Source of the DNA: Paecilomyces variotii
Lineage: Eukaryota
Direction: 5' to 3' (one strand)
Length of the DNA stretch: 64,000 nt
NCBI GenBank assembly: GCA_004022145.1
Contig: RCNU01000002.1
In this document: in pieces, positions 61,808 through 64,000 of the stretch
Layout: the number at the start of each line of letters is the position of its first letter
Numbering within the stretch: the first letter of the stretch is position 1
The notes under the pieces: generated by a model
The model's database searches: none
Seen by the model: only the letters and a program-made list of their open reading frames with translations
What the model was told of the DNA's origin: nothing
Made by a program: the position numbers and the translations under genes

Positions 61808-63712
61808 ATGCAGAATTTCACTTGGGTCTCGACTGCTACAGCAGTTCTGTCTGCGTTGCGGTGTTTCTCAACAGCCACTGAGAGCAGTTTCGACCACAGC
61901 GGGAACTTCTCAATGGAGATCCTGACTGAGCCTTTCCCATACAGCTTTCCCAAACTTGGCGCGGATAGCTCGCAGTTGTTTCCTATGCCACTTTGTAATG
62001 GGTTCAAATTGGAGGAAGCTACCATTGATGAAATGCAAATAGCTTTGAGCACGGGTCAACTGACCAGCATGCAATTACTAAATTGCTATTTGGATAGGAT
62101 ACATCAGGTAGACAGCTATCTCAGGTAACGGGAATCATTGCATCATAATCATTAGAACGCAGCGTTTGCTGACCCCCTACTGGCCAGTTCAATACTTGAG
62201 TTCAATCCGGACATGTTCAAGCTGGCAGAGTCACTGGACAGGGAGCGGTCCGAAGGCCATGTCAGAGGCCCTCTACATGGCATCCCGTTTATCGTCAAGG
62301 ATGTCTTTGCGACAAAGGATCGCATGCAGACTACCGCTGGCAGCTGGGCTCTTCTGGGATCAGTCGTACCGCGCGACGCCCATGTGATTTCTCGTCTTCG
62401 CTCAGCGGGAGCGTTGTTGCTGGGAAAGGCAGCATTAAGCGAATGGGCCGATATGCGTAGTAATAATTACTCTGAAGGATATTCTCCACGCGGTGGGCAG
62501 TGCAGGAGCGCTCATAACTTGACAGTGAACCCTGGAGGCAGCAGCTCGGGGTCAGCTGTCGCTGTGGCAGCAAATCTTGTTGCCTTTTCCTTGGGAACAG
62601 AAACTGACGGGAGTAGTAAGTTGGTACCCGGATACAAACGGCCATTGCAAATGAACCCATTAAGTAACAGCTGAATAGTTATCAATCCTGCACTGCGAAA
62701 CAGCATTGTTGGTATTAAGCCCACCGTGGGCTTAACGTCTCGTGGAGGTGTCATTCCCGAGTGTTCACACATGGACAGTGTCGGAACGTTTGGTCGTACC
62801 GTTACTGATACGGTGTATGCTCTTGATGCCATCTATGGCCCAGATCCTCGAGACAATTACACCCTTGCCCAGGAAGGCAAGACGCCCCAAGACGGCTATA
62901 GCCAATTTATATCCGATCAGTCAGCTCTCAAAGGAGCAGTTTTCGGGCTACCCTGGAAGTCTTTCTGGGCTCTGGGCGATCCGGATCAGATATCACAGCT
63001 GTCGGAATTAGTGCGCCTTATTGAGGAGGCCGGTGCCACGATTATAAACGGTACGGAACTTCCCAATTACAAGACTATTGTGTCTCCCGACAAATGGGAC
63101 TGGGACTACGGCACGACACGAGGATATCCCAACGAATCTGAATATACCGTCGTCAAAGTCGACTTCTACAACGACATCAAGAAGTATCTCTCTGAGCTTG
63201 AAAACACCAACATCCGCTCGTTAGAGGACATAGTACAGTACAATATTGACAACGTAGGCACCGAAGGTGGTCTTCCAGGAATCCACCCAGCTTTCGGCTC
63301 CGGACAAGATGGCTTCCTCGCTTCTCTCGAGACAAAAGGTGTCATGGACGAAACCTACTTCCAAGCTCTCTCTTTCTGTCAGCGTTCTACGCGGGAGGAA
63401 GGCATAGACGCAGCACTCAATCATAACGGGACCAAACTCGACGGTCTCCTCGTCCCTCCGGAACCAGGTCAGGCAGGCCAGATCGCAGCCCAAGCAGGGT
63501 ACCCACTGATTACGATACCTGCAGGTATCACCACCGAATCAGGAATGCCGTTCGGCCTGGCAATCATGAATACTGCGTGGTCGGAACCAGCCCTGATCAA
63601 GTTCGCGAGCGCCATTGAAGACCTGCAGCGTCATTCGGGGACTAAGTATAAGCGATCTCAAGCCACGTGGAGGGGATATATGCGGCGCAATATACCCGTT
63701 ATTAATGCATGA
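61808..63712 (+). CDS. Secreted amidase-signature family enzyme (exons 61808-62124, 62188-62615, 62679-63712)
   Basis: Signal-like N-terminus, GPLHGIPFIVKD, TTAGS, PGGSSSGSAVAV, GTETDGSIINPA, VGIKPTVGLTSR. Confidence 0.93.
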
Positions 63713-64000
63713 TTCATATGTTTGCATCTTCGTACATGGACTAGAAATGAGGAAAGAGGTGTCTATACATAGGCTATTATGTTGATACTGCATAACCATT
63801 TGTATGTATGTGTATAACAAAGCCTAGACTACAGAGACAAAAATAGAAGCTAGTTTGGGATACAATATCAAAGTTCTCAAACTTTTTGTTATACAAGAAA
63901 ATATTGTTACTTATCCCCCATAACCTTCCCATGTTAGTAGCGACATAGCCCTCATCAAACAATAGAGTCATTGTCCGCAGGCCCCTAATATTATCGCTTC

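Overview
Eukaryotic DNA from a filamentous ascomycete (Eurotiales-like: short GT..AG introns with CTRAC/CTAAC branch sites, Aspergillus/Penicillium-type orthologs). The backbone is housekeeping genes: cdt1, msh2, gpi1, rrp6, RasGAP gapA, sec14, mis14, mug65/spo73-like, a probable mitochondrial PPR-like protein, mak3, lro1, aur1, a dim1-like methyltransferase, a PTH11-like receptor and an amidase. Two accessory-looking blocks interrupt it. The first (about 5.4-14.4 kb) looks like a nuclear zymocin/PaT-type killer-toxin cassette. It has a secreted LysM-LysM-CBM18-GH18 chitinase with a hydrophobic beta-like tail and a divergently transcribed, intron-split 296-aa secreted protein with the N-terminal Glu / C-terminal His / terminal Cys layout of anticodon-nuclease gamma toxins. 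It also has a convergent, non-secreted, internally duplicated candidate immunity gene. The second (about 44.9-48.8 kb) holds ankyrin, F-box and PD-(D/E)XK-like genes. A spliced 92-aa membrane ORF ends 38 nt upstream of gpi1. All exon coordinates and family calls were made by eye; no database search was run.
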